The translations under genes and the position numbers were made by a program. From assembly GCA_044892525.1 (NCBI GenBank), contig CM097885.1:9240001-9304000 (forward strand): DNA of 64,000 bases. Reading direction: 5' to 3'. How positions within the stretch are numbered: the stretch's first letter is position 1; every line of letters begins with the position of its first letter. The DNA comes from Schmidtea polychroa (lineage: Eukaryota). Below are positions 14,101 to 22,919 of the stretch, piece after piece. The notes beneath the pieces are model-generated. The model was not told the DNA's origin and did not search any database. It worked only from the letters and a program-made list of their open reading frames with translations.

Positions 14101-15571
14101 AGAATGCGATCTTGAATATCCCAATGAAATAAAATCCAGGACAAGATTCTTTCCATTTGCTCCAGTAAGAAGAAAGATCTCGACTGAAGAACTTTCAGAC
14201 TGGCAGATGGCTCAGGATAGATCGCCCTGTATAAAACTTTTATGCGATCAGACCGATAAAACTGATTACCTTTGTCATTATAGACTCCTTCAGTTTTATC
14301 TCTCCCATGGAATGGTTTTAAAAAAAGTACATTCCATTATTAAATTTCGACAAGCCCCTTTTATGAAAAAATTCATAGAGGGAAATATTTTGAAAAGAAA
14401 TGCAGCAAAGAGAGCTGGAAATGCATTTCTTGATATGATTTACAAACTCCTGAACAATGCGGTCTTTGGAAAGACCATGGAGAATATAGACAAGTACACA
14501 CGTGTAGAGCTTTTGACCAATACATCCAAAGACCTTAATAGGTACAACCGGATAATTGGAAAGCCCACATTTAAAAATGCCGAGATATTCTCTAGTAACC
14601 TTATAGCCATAGAGATTAAAAACTCTGTAAAAACTTATAATAAACCAATCTTTATAGGGTTTTCAATTTTAGAACTTTCAAAGCTTCAAATGTATGAAGC
14701 CTACTATGATGTTCTAGTACCACATTTTGGAGATCGAATATCCATGCATGCTATGGACACTGATAGTATGTTTTTAAAAGGTCATAGTAAAGATTTAAAA
14801 AAGGAAATAAGTGAAAACGAAACCTTAAATAAATTAATAAACAACTCTGGAGAATTATTTACTTTTAAAGATGAAAAACCAAATACTCCAATAAGTGGAG
14901 GAGTGTTTATTAGACCTAAACAATATTCTCTTGAAATGAAAGACAAACCAATTATGAAAGAGCATACAATAAAATTTATAATAGGGGAGGGAGAAGGATC
15001 TGTTGAAATAGATCACACATTTGAATATCCTTCATTCCCTGAAAACCCGAAAAGCTATAAAGAAAATAAAAGTAAAGGAATTCAAAAATCAGTGTCAAAA
15101 ACCTTCACACATCAAGAGTATAAAGATTCATTAAATATAAATTATAAAAATAAAATTGCTAAAACCCATCATCTTAAATCAGAGAAACATAATATATATC
15201 TTGAAGAGTGTAACAAGATTGCTATAACAAATTATGATGATAAAAGATTTATACTTTCTGACTTGAAGACAACATTACCTATTGGAAATGATTTAATCCC
15301 TATAATAAAAAATCTTGATAAAATAAATGAAATTTATAACCTAGAGATTACAGACCTTCAACTTGCTAAAGTAGAAATCCAATATCCTGAAATATTAATT
15401 CCTAAACCTTTATATAATCAAGTTCAAAATATAAAACCTATAGAACTTAAATATTTTAATACTGATCCTGAATATATCCAAGGACTAACACCAGAAGACT
15501 TTAAATCACATAAATTAATGTTAAAAAGCATTACTGCAGAAATAATTATAAATCAATTACGACTGGTCTAA
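11192..15571 (+). CDS. Protein-primed family B DNA polymerase (pPolB) with N-terminal Zn fingers, terminal-protein region, vOTU-like domain and EndoVII/HNH insertion
   Basis: Exo I YCDFEA, Exo II FHNLFGYD, Pol A DATALY, Pol B KLLNNAVFGK, Pol C DTDS and KxY (RPKQY). OTU-like DNKCF...HY. EndoVII-type CWMC...DHDH...RGAAH..CN. Three N-terminal CxxC..H..H/C fingers. Confidence 0.96.
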   Translation: MEAIFNCEICEKNFKNKTALTSHKKSKDHLIKANTLDDTNSKICTKCKDRYLFSGYKKHFKNCIGVPKNREIFECSACGKTMRIKSFYLRHIEDCGLEAKDSDSNSMTEKAEKLEFNWDDFNHTDVIAEVKRGPRSIMQYIRENKKKIISSMDDAIKKFGRSRFNVIKVKFTGNAKYWRGDDSIAMPLDVKIETSYKYLFSTKAGNKLVNDIAKELEEKQEQVEQELGESNLRFHSFQNIEIEYWRGAPPNPKSFIHTPFTSNHVINVQNKDNKCFQWSILAHLHPQATNPQRVQKYEEYESELIYPKDFSHPMKIEDVPAFEKLNNLKINIYQFIPTKITKTRKNKNYKHIIPIYIFNMEISDEKREVDLLILEEGKPDEDFDGEEYGEEVQSVHPRREAEEGISLEPEAESTASGGTMLDKKLHYILIKNFQSFMKGNTLIRGGICCKRCLYHSSSKLAAIKHERLCCKNQPALIKMPHKKNANMRFKNYSNLLEALGVVYCDFEAINVKLRRTKTNTVKLTKQLPSAYKMFFKSNYPELVESREYSFRGTSDKETLDHFVKTLNNLEHELYIILKSNFPMNFSEEQEEEYKNATHCWMCKQEFEDEEPKVADHDHFKRENNYRGAAHKKCNLNCKKPTHIPFIFHNLFGYDIHLFIKHLAANAKNSFKVIGLTKEKYKSIQYGCFKFLDSLNFLGMSLDGIAKTMNPEDFKYTKEHVLLKNNIPLEEYNTCLAKGIYPYDYIDSFEKYNELLPPQEDFFSVLTQSGISDQEYSRAVKMWNLFNCRNLGEYTDMYLSLDVYILADCFETFSKAFELKPYNYITAPSLAWDILLYTIWTDEDVAVRNKTIELLVELDMFNVYKHNIRGGISSVQGNREINANNFTTLYPKFFKDPDALYVEITNPEDRKEIMEGLSNPSEIMYIDATALYAGVMTQYLPIGKFTWEEPTEELIQEILKTPKDSQFGYVIECDLEYPNEIKSRTRFFPFAPVRRKISTEELSDWQMAQDRSPCIKLLCDQTDKTDYLCHYRLLQFYLSHGMVLKKVHSIIKFRQAPFMKKFIEGNILKRNAAKRAGNAFLDMIYKLLNNAVFGKTMENIDKYTRVELLTNTSKDLNRYNRIIGKPTFKNAEIFSSNLIAIEIKNSVKTYNKPIFIGFSILELSKLQMYEAYYDVLVPHFGDRISMHAMDTDSMFLKGHSKDLKKEISENETLNKLINNSGELFTFKDEKPNTPISGGVFIRPKQYSLEMKDKPIMKEHTIKFIIGEGEGSVEIDHTFEYPSFPENPKSYKENKSKGIQKSVSKTFTHQEYKDSLNINYKNKIAKTHHLKSEKHNIYLEECNKIAITNYDDKRFILSDLKTTLPIGNDLIPIIKNLDKINEIYNLEITDLQLAKVEIQYPEILIPKPLYNQVQNIKPIELKYFNTDPEYIQGLTPEDFKSHKLMLKSITAEIIINQLRLV

Positions 15572-15595
15572 GAATTAGAATTTTAACACTATAAA

Positions 15596-16150
15596 ATGAT
15601 GGAAACTAAAAATCAAGAAAATAACATTTTTGAAATTATAAAAAATATTACTAATTTAAAGGATAACAGATGTAAAGGAATACAGAGAGTGGTTGCAAAG
15701 AATCTTTCTCATCAAGATTATATAGATACATTGAATCCAAATCATAAAGATAAAATTGATGAAATACATCAACTTAAAAGTGAAAACCATGATATTCACT
15801 TGATAGAATCTCAAAAAGTATCATTATCAAATTATGATGATAAGAGATTCATACTAAGTGATTTAAAGACAACTCTACCTATTGGAAATAATTTAATCCC
15901 TATAATAAAAAATCTAGAAAAGTTGAATAAGTTATATGATACAAAGATTACTGATCTTGATATTTATAATGTTGAAATTATTTATCCCGAGAGAGAAATC
16001 GAGAAACCTTTATATTCTCAAGTTTTTAATCCTATATGTTTAGAACTTAAATATTTTAATACTGATCCTGAATATATAAAAGGTCTAAGTGATAAAGAAT
16101 TTAAAGATCATAAATTAATGATTCATAGGTTGGCTTTCAACCATAACTGA
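15596..16150 (+). CDS. Stand-alone paralog of the pPolB C-terminal (thumb plus extension) region
   Basis: Ungapped manual alignment to pPolB from KGIQ to HKLM gives about 95/149 identical residues. Own AAAATG start, 24 bp after the pPolB stop. Confidence 0.88.
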   Translation: MMETKNQENNIFEIIKNITNLKDNRCKGIQRVVAKNLSHQDYIDTLNPNHKDKIDEIHQLKSENHDIHLIESQKVSLSNYDDKRFILSDLKTTLPIGNNLIPIIKNLEKLNKLYDTKITDLDIYNVEIIYPEREIEKPLYSQVFNPICLELKYFNTDPEYIKGLSDKEFKDHKLMIHRLAFNHN

Positions 16151-16244
16151 AACCAACGATATTTAATTTTTTAATAATAAAATGTCGACAATTAATTTAA
16201 GCAACTATAGCAACCTGATCTACTTTTTTAAAAATACACCCATT

Positions 16245-16841
16245 TTATAAGTAAGAATTCTTTAACCATTTTTCTCGAGATGTTTTTTTATTACTTATAA
16301 CATTAGCCACCATGCCCTCCCTTTTTAATCTTATAACCTCATTCTTTATATCTTGTATTATTTGATTTGATTTCATTATTTCTTCGTCTGTCAGGATTCC
16401 ATCTTCCAAAGCTTTTAATTGAAATAAAAATAATTTAGAGATTCCTAATTCTATTGATAAACAAACTTCTCTATATAAACTTTTCTTTTTAGAAGTATAA
16501 GATAATGAAACTATTTCAGTTAAGAAACCATCAGCCACAGAAATACTTCCAAGTATTACAGGTGCAAGAGTAACAACTGGTAAAGTTATGGGTAAAATAA
16601 CTGTTAATATTGCAGATGCAAATCCTAAAGAATAACCTATAACTTTTAAAACTGTATTCCCTTTATTCCATCTATTTTTAATTTTTTTATAATGCTTTAA
16701 TAAATCTTGTAAATGTAAGGTTTCTGATTTAAATTCTTTTACTCTCATAATTTCAAGTTCTGTGGGAGCCGAGGCCTTGGAAGAATAATATCCTGATGAT
16801 CTCAATTCGGGGTAAAATTTTTCTTCTCTTACTTCTTCCAT
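16245..16841 (-). CDS. Two-TM membrane protein, adintovirus GasderminX-like
   Basis: N-terminal FYPEL, a basic helix, a ~45-aa hydrophobic hairpin and a C-terminal ALEDGILTDEE motif. Family assignment is recalled, not searched. Confidence 0.6.
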   Translation of the reverse strand: MEEVREEKFYPELRSSGYYSSKASAPTELEIMRVKEFKSETLHLQDLLKHYKKIKNRWNKGNTVLKVIGYSLGFASAILTVILPITLPVVTLAPVILGSISVADGFLTEIVSLSYTSKKKSLYREVCLSIELGISKLFLFQLKALEDGILTDEEIMKSNQIIQDIKNEVIRLKREGMVANVISNKKTSREKWLKNSYL

Positions 16842-16849
16842 TTTAATAA

Positions 16850-17860
16850 TTAAAAAAATAAGACTTTATTCTTCTGAGCACCATCTGGCACCAATACTCG
16901 GATATCAAAAGAAACTCTTGTTGAGAGGATATCTTTATACAATTCTCTCAATGCTTTACGAACTTCATCAACATCAACCTTTTTTTCATAAAATATTAAA
17001 TCTATATATTGTACAAGTGAACTAGAAAAATGAATATTCTTACTTTTAACTTTATGTAGTCCATGTGAATGAGTATTAACATACCAATCTCCGTGTGGTA
17101 AATCATAACTAGTCATTATAACATCACCCTTTTCAAGCTTACTATTATAATCACATTTCACAAACCATTTCATTCTTTCATTATCATCATCAAACAAAAA
17201 GAAATAAGGATCAATAATTTTTACAACCATAAAAACACCCCATTCTTTACTGTTTGTTGTTATTAAACTTGGTTCTATAAAATGTTTATATGTATGGGGT
17301 AATAATGTTTTATTCTGTTCTAATTCAGCAGCTCTTTTTCTAATACTATGTGTGGTGTTAATGTGTGTTCCACGAGACTCTAAATTTGAAATTCTTTTAT
17401 TAAATGATGTAATCATCTCATTTATTATATTATATATTGCATTAAATTTAGTATTCATAATTTGTTTATCTTTAGAATTTAATATAGCAGTATTTAACTT
17501 TACAACTTGTTCAGTTAACAGACTTTGTAACTTGTCAAATTTATCATTAAATCGTTGTTCGATATTATTAAGCTTTGATTCCATTGAATCAATTTTTGTT
17601 GTTAATGAACTTTCAATTCTTGTTGTTGTTAAATCAGTATATTTTTTAACACCATCTACATATTTCTTATTAACTGCATCAGCTTCATCAGTTGGAAAAG
17701 ATAATTCTTTTATCTTGTGTCCATTTAAAATTAAATCACCCTTCATTGAATCACCTCTTTCATTAATATATTTATTTTCTGTTAAAGTTAATATTTCTTC
17801 TGTATTAAACCCTGTTTTTATTGTTCCACCACCTCTATTACATGGAATATAAGAACTCAT
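16850..17860 (-). CDS. Putative virion fiber/spike protein
   Basis: GDSMKGDLILNGHKIKELSFPTDEADAVNKKYVD tail-fiber-type repeat, then a long coiled coil and a beta-rich C-terminal domain. Lies next to the penton gene. Confidence 0.6.
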   Translation of the reverse strand: MSSYIPCNRGGGTIKTGFNTEEILTLTENKYINERGDSMKGDLILNGHKIKELSFPTDEADAVNKKYVDGVKKYTDLTTTRIESSLTTKIDSMESKLNNIEQRFNDKFDKLQSLLTEQVVKLNTAILNSKDKQIMNTKFNAIYNIINEMITSFNKRISNLESRGTHINTTHSIRKRAAELEQNKTLLPHTYKHFIEPSLITTNSKEWGVFMVVKIIDPYFFLFDDDNERMKWFVKCDYNSKLEKGDVIMTSYDLPHGDWYVNTHSHGLHKVKSKNIHFSSSLVQYIDLIFYEKKVDVDEVRKALRELYKDILSTRVSFDIRVLVPDGAQKNKVLFF

Positions 17861-17886
17861 TTATTAATAATTTAAAATGGACTTCG

Positions 17887-18651
17887 TTAAACCTGTTTCA
17901 AATGTAAATACATTGAAATCTCTTCTCCATTAAAATCAATCAATTCTCCTTCTTGATTAAGAATTTTAAAATTAATATCCATTATATATTTTCTACATAA
18001 AGGTAAATAATTTGGAGGATTCATTCTTTCAACTATTTTATATCCCATAGGAACTGTGTTTGAGGGAAAGGAATATAAAACATTTGTTTGTTTACCATTA
18101 TTATAAGAACCTGTTATACAATCGCAATGAATATTTATTGTGTTTGTATTTATTATTTTTATAATATGTTCTGATGTTATTATTTTATCTTCTTTTATTG
18201 TTATATCCATAGGTTTAAATCCTAAAACTGTGTGAAAGAAACAATTATCTAAAAAACTAATTTTTATATTCTTCAAAGTCATTACACATTTTGAAGTTGG
18301 TATATCCATTTTAATTTTAATACCTTCATTTGTTTTTTTAGAAAGTATATCATTTAAATCTTTTATCTCATATGCCCCAGGTTCTATTGTTATAATTTCT
18401 GGTTTATGCCCATCACGAGTTTGAATAGTAAATTTATTATTATCTTTAGTTATATTAAAAATAGTATTATAAGCACAAAACCATAATAGCCCCAATTCAT
18501 AATTTAAATTTTGATCTAATTTAATTGAATCTTGAAAGTTTATAGTAAACTCTGATTCTTTTGAATTTATAGATAAAGTTCTTGAATATTTATCTGACAT
18601 TATGTTTACCATTTTTTTAAAATTATCTTCCGGAGGGTTGTGAAGCTCCAT
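17887..18651 (-). CDS. Minor capsid protein (penton, single jelly-roll)
   Basis: Polinton penton-type C-terminus IHCD.I.GSY.NG....LYSF...GYKI.E..P.YLP...NQ.G.LIDFNGE.I...LHLK; 254 aa. Confidence 0.85.
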   Translation of the reverse strand: MELHNPPEDNFKKMVNIMSDKYSRTLSINSKESEFTINFQDSIKLDQNLNYELGLLWFCAYNTIFNITKDNNKFTIQTRDGHKPEIITIEPGAYEIKDLNDILSKKTNEGIKIKMDIPTSKCVMTLKNIKISFLDNCFFHTVLGFKPMDITIKEDKIITSEHIIKIINTNTINIHCDCITGSYNNGKQTNVLYSFPSNTVPMGYKIVERMNPPNYLPLCRKYIMDINFKILNQEGELIDFNGEEISMYLHLKQV

Positions 18652-18699
18652 TTCTTTAGTAGTAAATTCATATAGTAAAAATCCTTATAGTAAAAATCC

Positions 18700-19152
18700 T
18701 TATAGTAGAGATTCTAGATCATTATAAATTTCTTGAATTATAGATTCAAAATCCTGCGTATGCCCCATATTCAATCTATACAAAACATATAAACTTAAAA
18801 TACCACATATTTTAGTATTCAAAGGTTGAACTTGTAAAGAGTTAAAAGTATAACCATTTGGGGAATCAATCGGAGAACCCCTCAAGAGATAATCTTCAAC
18901 TTCTTTAGTAGGTTTAATCCCAAAAGAATCAAAGTAGATAGATTTCTTATATATACAAACCCAATGAGATCCTTTTTCATTTGAATTTTGATAATTGATT
19001 ATTATATTCAGGGGACTCTCCAGACTTGATAATTCATCATTCATTAATATTTTAATTTTTAAATTTAAATAATTTGCATAATCTTTTAAATCAAAATTTG
19101 TTTTTGCATTTATTCCAAATGTTTTTAAAAAATCTAATATTGAAGGAGTCAT
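18700..19152 (-). CDS. Adenain-like (Ulp1-fold) maturation cysteine protease
   Basis: GSHWV, YFDSFG and Q......CG give an intact His-Asp-Cys triad plus the oxyanion Gln. Confidence 0.92.
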   Translation of the reverse strand: MTPSILDFLKTFGINAKTNFDLKDYANYLNLKIKILMNDELSSLESPLNIIINYQNSNEKGSHWVCIYKKSIYFDSFGIKPTKEVEDYLLRGSPIDSPNGYTFNSLQVQPLNTKICGILSLYVLYRLNMGHTQDFESIIQEIYNDLESLL

Positions 19153-19204
19153 TTTGTATTTTAAAACTTCGTATTTTAAAACTACGTATTTTATAACTTC
19201 GTAT

Positions 19205-20074
19205 TTATAACTTCGTATACTTATTAAATTTATCTTTTGAAATTATTCCTTGTTTTAACAAATCTTTAGAAATCTTTAAAATATCAGAATCTAAATTATT
19301 ATGTCCTGCTTTCCTTGCAGCTAATAGTTTTCTTAATTCAATAAAAAGATTGATGGGATTTCCTTCACTAATTAATCCCTCTCCCTCTGTAACAACATAA
19401 CCCTTTTCATTTTTATCTAAATAATTCTTTAAATCTTGAATATATTTTGCTTTAGAACCAGCTCTTATTAATCTTATTAAATTTAAATATTTTTTAATTT
19501 CTTCAAGATCATCTGAAGAATATCCACAAAGTAATTTATAAAAATCATCTGTAAATTCAAAGTCTAAATATTCATTATTATAAACATTTTGTGAATGAAT
19601 ACGTGATTTATTTTCTGAATTTGAATATAAAGTAAAGTTTTGTTTATTAATTGTTATTATTTGATATCCTTCAGTATTAGTATTAAATGTGGGTCTAATT
19701 GAAGGAGGTAAATCATCTCTAATTTTAGGATCAACTTTAAGAGGTTTTGTTTTTAAAAACATTTCTTCTTCTTCTTCCGCATTAGAAATTCTTCTGCGTT
19801 TTCTTTGATTTCTTTCAGGATGGTTTTCACTGGATTCTTCCTTCCACTCTAGTTTTTTTATTTTTTGTTCATGGGGACTTCCTCCATCTTCTAACTCTTT
19901 AAATTTTGCTTGCTCATTTAATCCTTTTATAGCTTTAATTGTTGGCCCCTGTTGTTGTGTTATTACCTCATTTAATATTATAGATTCAGCATGTTGACTT
20001 GTATCTTTTTTATTATATTTATCTTGTTCTGATTGTAATTTTTTTAAAAGTGCTAATCTTTCTTCATATACCAT
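19205..20074 (-). CDS. Conserved Polinton protein of unknown function
   Basis: C-terminal L..LLAA.KAGHN....I..I...L...GII motif typical of a Polinton core ORF. Also an NLS-like RKRRR and a GEG motif. Confidence 0.65.
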   Translation of the reverse strand: MVYEERLALLKKLQSEQDKYNKKDTSQHAESIILNEVITQQQGPTIKAIKGLNEQAKFKELEDGGSPHEQKIKKLEWKEESSENHPERNQRKRRRISNAEEEEEMFLKTKPLKVDPKIRDDLPPSIRPTFNTNTEGYQIITINKQNFTLYSNSENKSRIHSQNVYNNEYLDFEFTDDFYKLLCGYSSDDLEEIKKYLNLIRLIRAGSKAKYIQDLKNYLDKNEKGYVVTEGEGLISEGNPINLFIELRKLLAARKAGHNNLDSDILKISKDLLKQGIISKDKFNKYTKL

Positions 20075-20096
20075 TTTTATGGTATTAAAAATGGTA

Positions 20097-20690
20097 TCAT
20101 TTTGGTAAAGGATCCGTTGGAAAGGGCTTCAAGTATAAACCTTTGCCATTTTTAGTTTTACAAAGACATCCATTCTTTAAAGATTTACATATTTTTTTTA
20201 AATCTTCTTTATCTTTTAAAGATAAAGATTCAGATGTAGAAATTTGATTTTTTAAAAAATCATTTAAACCTCTACCTTTATAAGGATCAAGATAGAGACC
20301 TTTGCCCTGAGACTTTTGCCGACTCCCCTCATATGGATTAAGATAGAGACCCTTTCCAACGGACACTCCCCCTTTAGCTTGCCCTACCTTCTTCATTGAA
20401 TCGATTTCAGTTTGTAGTTTTTCTTTTTCTAGGTCTGTCTTTTGAGATTCTTTAGCTTTTTGAACTGTAGTTGCAATTCCTCCAGCTATTCCAGCAGCAC
20501 CTGATAAACCTGCAATGATTGCAGGTATTAAAGCAGCTAATGGAAGAATGCCACCTTCTTTAGCTTCGTGGAGCTTCGCTCTAACTTGTTCTTTTACATG
20601 TTTTCCAATAAAATATTTTTTACCATCAATTACTACTGATTTATTTTTATTTGAATTTATTAATTCTTGCAAAGATTCTTCAGTTGTCAT
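20097..20690 (-). CDS. Adenovirus protein-X (mu precursor)-like core/membrane-active protein, 197 aa
   Basis: GGILPLAALIPAIIAGLSGAAGIAGG resembles adenovirus pX GGILPLLIPLIAAAIGAVPGIA. Three GKGLYLxP repeats. Start placed at the AAAATG at 20690, not the ORF-track start inside the ATPase. Confidence 0.72.
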   Translation of the reverse strand: MTTEESLQELINSNKNKSVVIDGKKYFIGKHVKEQVRAKLHEAKEGGILPLAALIPAIIAGLSGAAGIAGGIATTVQKAKESQKTDLEKEKLQTEIDSMKKVGQAKGGVSVGKGLYLNPYEGSRQKSQGKGLYLDPYKGRGLNDFLKNQISTSESLSLKDKEDLKKICKSLKNGCLCKTKNGKGLYLKPFPTDPLPK

Positions 20691-20706
20691 TTTATAATAA
20701 ATAAAA

Positions 20707-21498
20707 ATGGATACTTGGAAACCAATTTTAAATAGACATAAGAGTAAATTCAATAATAAAGTATTTCCTGATAATTTTAGATTATTAATTGTTGGTTCTT
20801 CTGGATGTGGAAAGAATGTACTTGTTTTGAGAATGTTACTTGAAGATGATTTTTTAGATTATAATAATTTAATCTTTTATTCTACAACCATAAATCAACC
20901 AGAATTACAACTTTTGAAATGTGGATTTGAAAATAAATTAACTAAAAAAGCAATAATTGATATTTTTAAAAATCAACATAGGTGTCCTGAAGAAGTTTTT
21001 CAACCTTGTGATATGGTTGATTGGTATAAGGAAAAGATTTTAGAATCAGATATTAGTAATAAAAATGATTATATTTGTGAAGAAGGGCAGGAGGCAATTC
21101 AAGTTTTATTCTCTAATAAACCTGAAGATGTTTTACATTGTGATTTACTTCTTAAAGATAAAAAGAATCTAGTTATATTTGATGATGTTGTTAATATGAA
21201 AAATCAAGAGATTCAAAAGAGTTACTTTACACGAGGTCGACATAATAATTGTAATGTTATTTATATATCTCAAACATATTATGCTTTAGATAAAAATTCA
21301 ATAAGAAATAATTCCAATTGTTTTATATTTTTTAAATTAGATCGCCGTGATAAGAATATGATTTATAATGATTTATTTTCAAATGTTGAACCTGATAAGA
21401 ATATGTTTGATATGTTTGTTGATAATCATTGGAAAGAAAAATATAATTATATTTATTTGGATAGAGAAGAAGCTGAAATATGGAAAAGTTTGTTTTAG
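20707..21498 (+). CDS. A32/FtsK-like genome-packaging ATPase
   Basis: Walker A GSSGCGKN, Walker B LVIFDD, arginine-finger/sensor RGRHNN..ISQ, and IRNN. Confidence 0.93.
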   Translation: MDTWKPILNRHKSKFNNKVFPDNFRLLIVGSSGCGKNVLVLRMLLEDDFLDYNNLIFYSTTINQPELQLLKCGFENKLTKKAIIDIFKNQHRCPEEVFQPCDMVDWYKEKILESDISNKNDYICEEGQEAIQVLFSNKPEDVLHCDLLLKDKKNLVIFDDVVNMKNQEIQKSYFTRGRHNNCNVIYISQTYYALDKNSIRNNSNCFIFFKLDRRDKNMIYNDLFSNVEPDKNMFDMFVDNHWKEKYNYIYLDREEAEIWKSLF

Positions 21499-21509
21499 GG
21501 CTTGTCGAC

Positions 21510-22919
21510 TTAAAAATCTGTTTTCTGTAGTTCATTATTATAAAATCTACCTAATATTTTTTCATTATTTAAATCAAAGATGCTATATGTTATTGGAGTT
21601 GTATAATTTATTTTATTTATAATAAAAATTTCATTTGTCCATTTTGCTGTGAATCCTTTTTCAAATTTATTTTTATATTTAAATATTCTTACTCGGTCAC
21701 CAATTTTAAACTTTGGTTTTTCAATAACATCATTTTCAATATTTACCACTTTAATGGTTTCAGGCTTCATGGAAGCATTTAAAGGTGTTAATTTTATAGA
21801 ACTATGTACATCATTATTATATTCATTTACAATCTTTTGTAACAATTCATTGTTCCATTTTTGTTTTCCAATAGCAGTAAAATATTTCCACATTTTATTT
21901 TTTAATGTTCTATTTAATCTTTCAACTACGACTGCTTTTCCTTCGTTTTCTGTTGAATATAATTTAATATCATTTTCATTTAAAAACTTTGTAAAAACTT
22001 TGTTATAAAATTCTGTTCCTTTATCACACCATAAATATTTTGGGATTCTTTGATTTTCTTCAAATATATTTTCAAATGCTTCTGTAATAGAATATCCTGT
22101 TTTATTTTCTAAACATCTTGCAAAAGCAAATCTTGTATATAAATCTATTACAGTTAAAATTATTTTATATTTTTCAGGGTCTGATGATTTGGGCATAAAG
22201 ACTAAATCTGCAGACCATGTTTGATCTTTTTCATGTACTTGAACTTTTAAATATTTTTTATTTTTTCTAAATTCATGGTGTAATTCCTTTGCATATTTTA
22301 TTTCTGATTCTGTTGGGGTTTGTAAACTAGTCTTGGATATATTCTCGAGGGATCTTTCAGCGTCTGCTTGTTCGATAATCTTTTTATAAGCAACATCTTT
22401 CGCTTTCCTAGGAAGTCTTGCACCCATGGTGATCGGACTGTGTCCTAAGCCTATGAAAATCTTACCTTTCATTGCTAATTTAACTAGAGCTCTTTGAATC
22501 TTTTCTTGGGTTGATGGATTTTGGATACTATTTAAATCATGTATTAAATTCACATCTGCAACATGTCTATCTCTAAGATTTGTTGAATTGTATGCAATGT
22601 CATGTTTTAAAGCTGCTTGATCAATTCTATTTATTGGTTCTTCTCCTTGTTTGGGATTATTATTTTCATCTAATCTAATATCTAATCTTGTTCCTGGTCC
22701 AGTATAGTTGTGTTTAAATAAATGTCTTTCACCTGGATATTTTTCTGTAGTAAAAGGTTTTAATATTGAAGATGTTGTTTTTGAAGATTGCAAATCGCCT
22801 CCAGCTCGTGGAATTAGGTCACCTACTGTATGTTTTTTAGTTTTAAGATGGCTTGCTTTATGATGTCTTGTAACTTGACAATTACAAGTTTCACATCTCC
22901 AATATTTATTTAAAGACAT
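21510..22919 (-). CDS. Retroviral-type (rve) integrase fused to an N-terminal Zn finger and a parvovirus-type phospholipase A2 domain
   Basis: DDE triad WSADL / CDKGTEF / VERLNRTLK and an SH3-like C-terminus (KFKIGDRVRI...ELQK). Upstream CxxC..H..H finger and YTGPG...DQAALKHDIAY...RHVAD. Confidence 0.92.
   Translation of the reverse strand: MSLNKYWRCETCNCQVTRHHKASHLKTKKHTVGDLIPRAGGDLQSSKTTSSILKPFTTEKYPGERHLFKHNYTGPGTRLDIRLDENNNPKQGEEPINRIDQAALKHDIAYNSTNLRDRHVADVNLIHDLNSIQNPSTQEKIQRALVKLAMKGKIFIGLGHSPITMGARLPRKAKDVAYKKIIEQADAERSLENISKTSLQTPTESEIKYAKELHHEFRKNKKYLKVQVHEKDQTWSADLVFMPKSSDPEKYKIILTVIDLYTRFAFARCLENKTGYSITEAFENIFEENQRIPKYLWCDKGTEFYNKVFTKFLNENDIKLYSTENEGKAVVVERLNRTLKNKMWKYFTAIGKQKWNNELLQKIVNEYNNDVHSSIKLTPLNASMKPETIKVVNIENDVIEKPKFKIGDRVRIFKYKNKFEKGFTAKWTNEIFIINKINYTTPITYSIFDLNNEKILGRFYNNELQKTDF

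Noticed and set aside
17352..17852. 166-aa plus-strand ORF and other antisense ORFs in the Polinton (12947, 12975, 20515, 21332, 21368, 21649, 22926)
   Set aside because: Shadow frames of real genes with no motifs.
19207..19219. Exact loxP half-site ATAACTTCGTATA
   Set aside because: No inverted partner across an 8-bp spacer. It is one unit of a local 15-bp tandem repeat overlapping a stop codon, and no tyrosine recombinase is present, so it is coincidental.
20691..20753. N-terminal 21-aa extension of the pX-like ORF in the ORF track
   Set aside because: It overlaps the ATPase start on the opposite strand. The ATG at 20690 has the element's typical AAAATG context.
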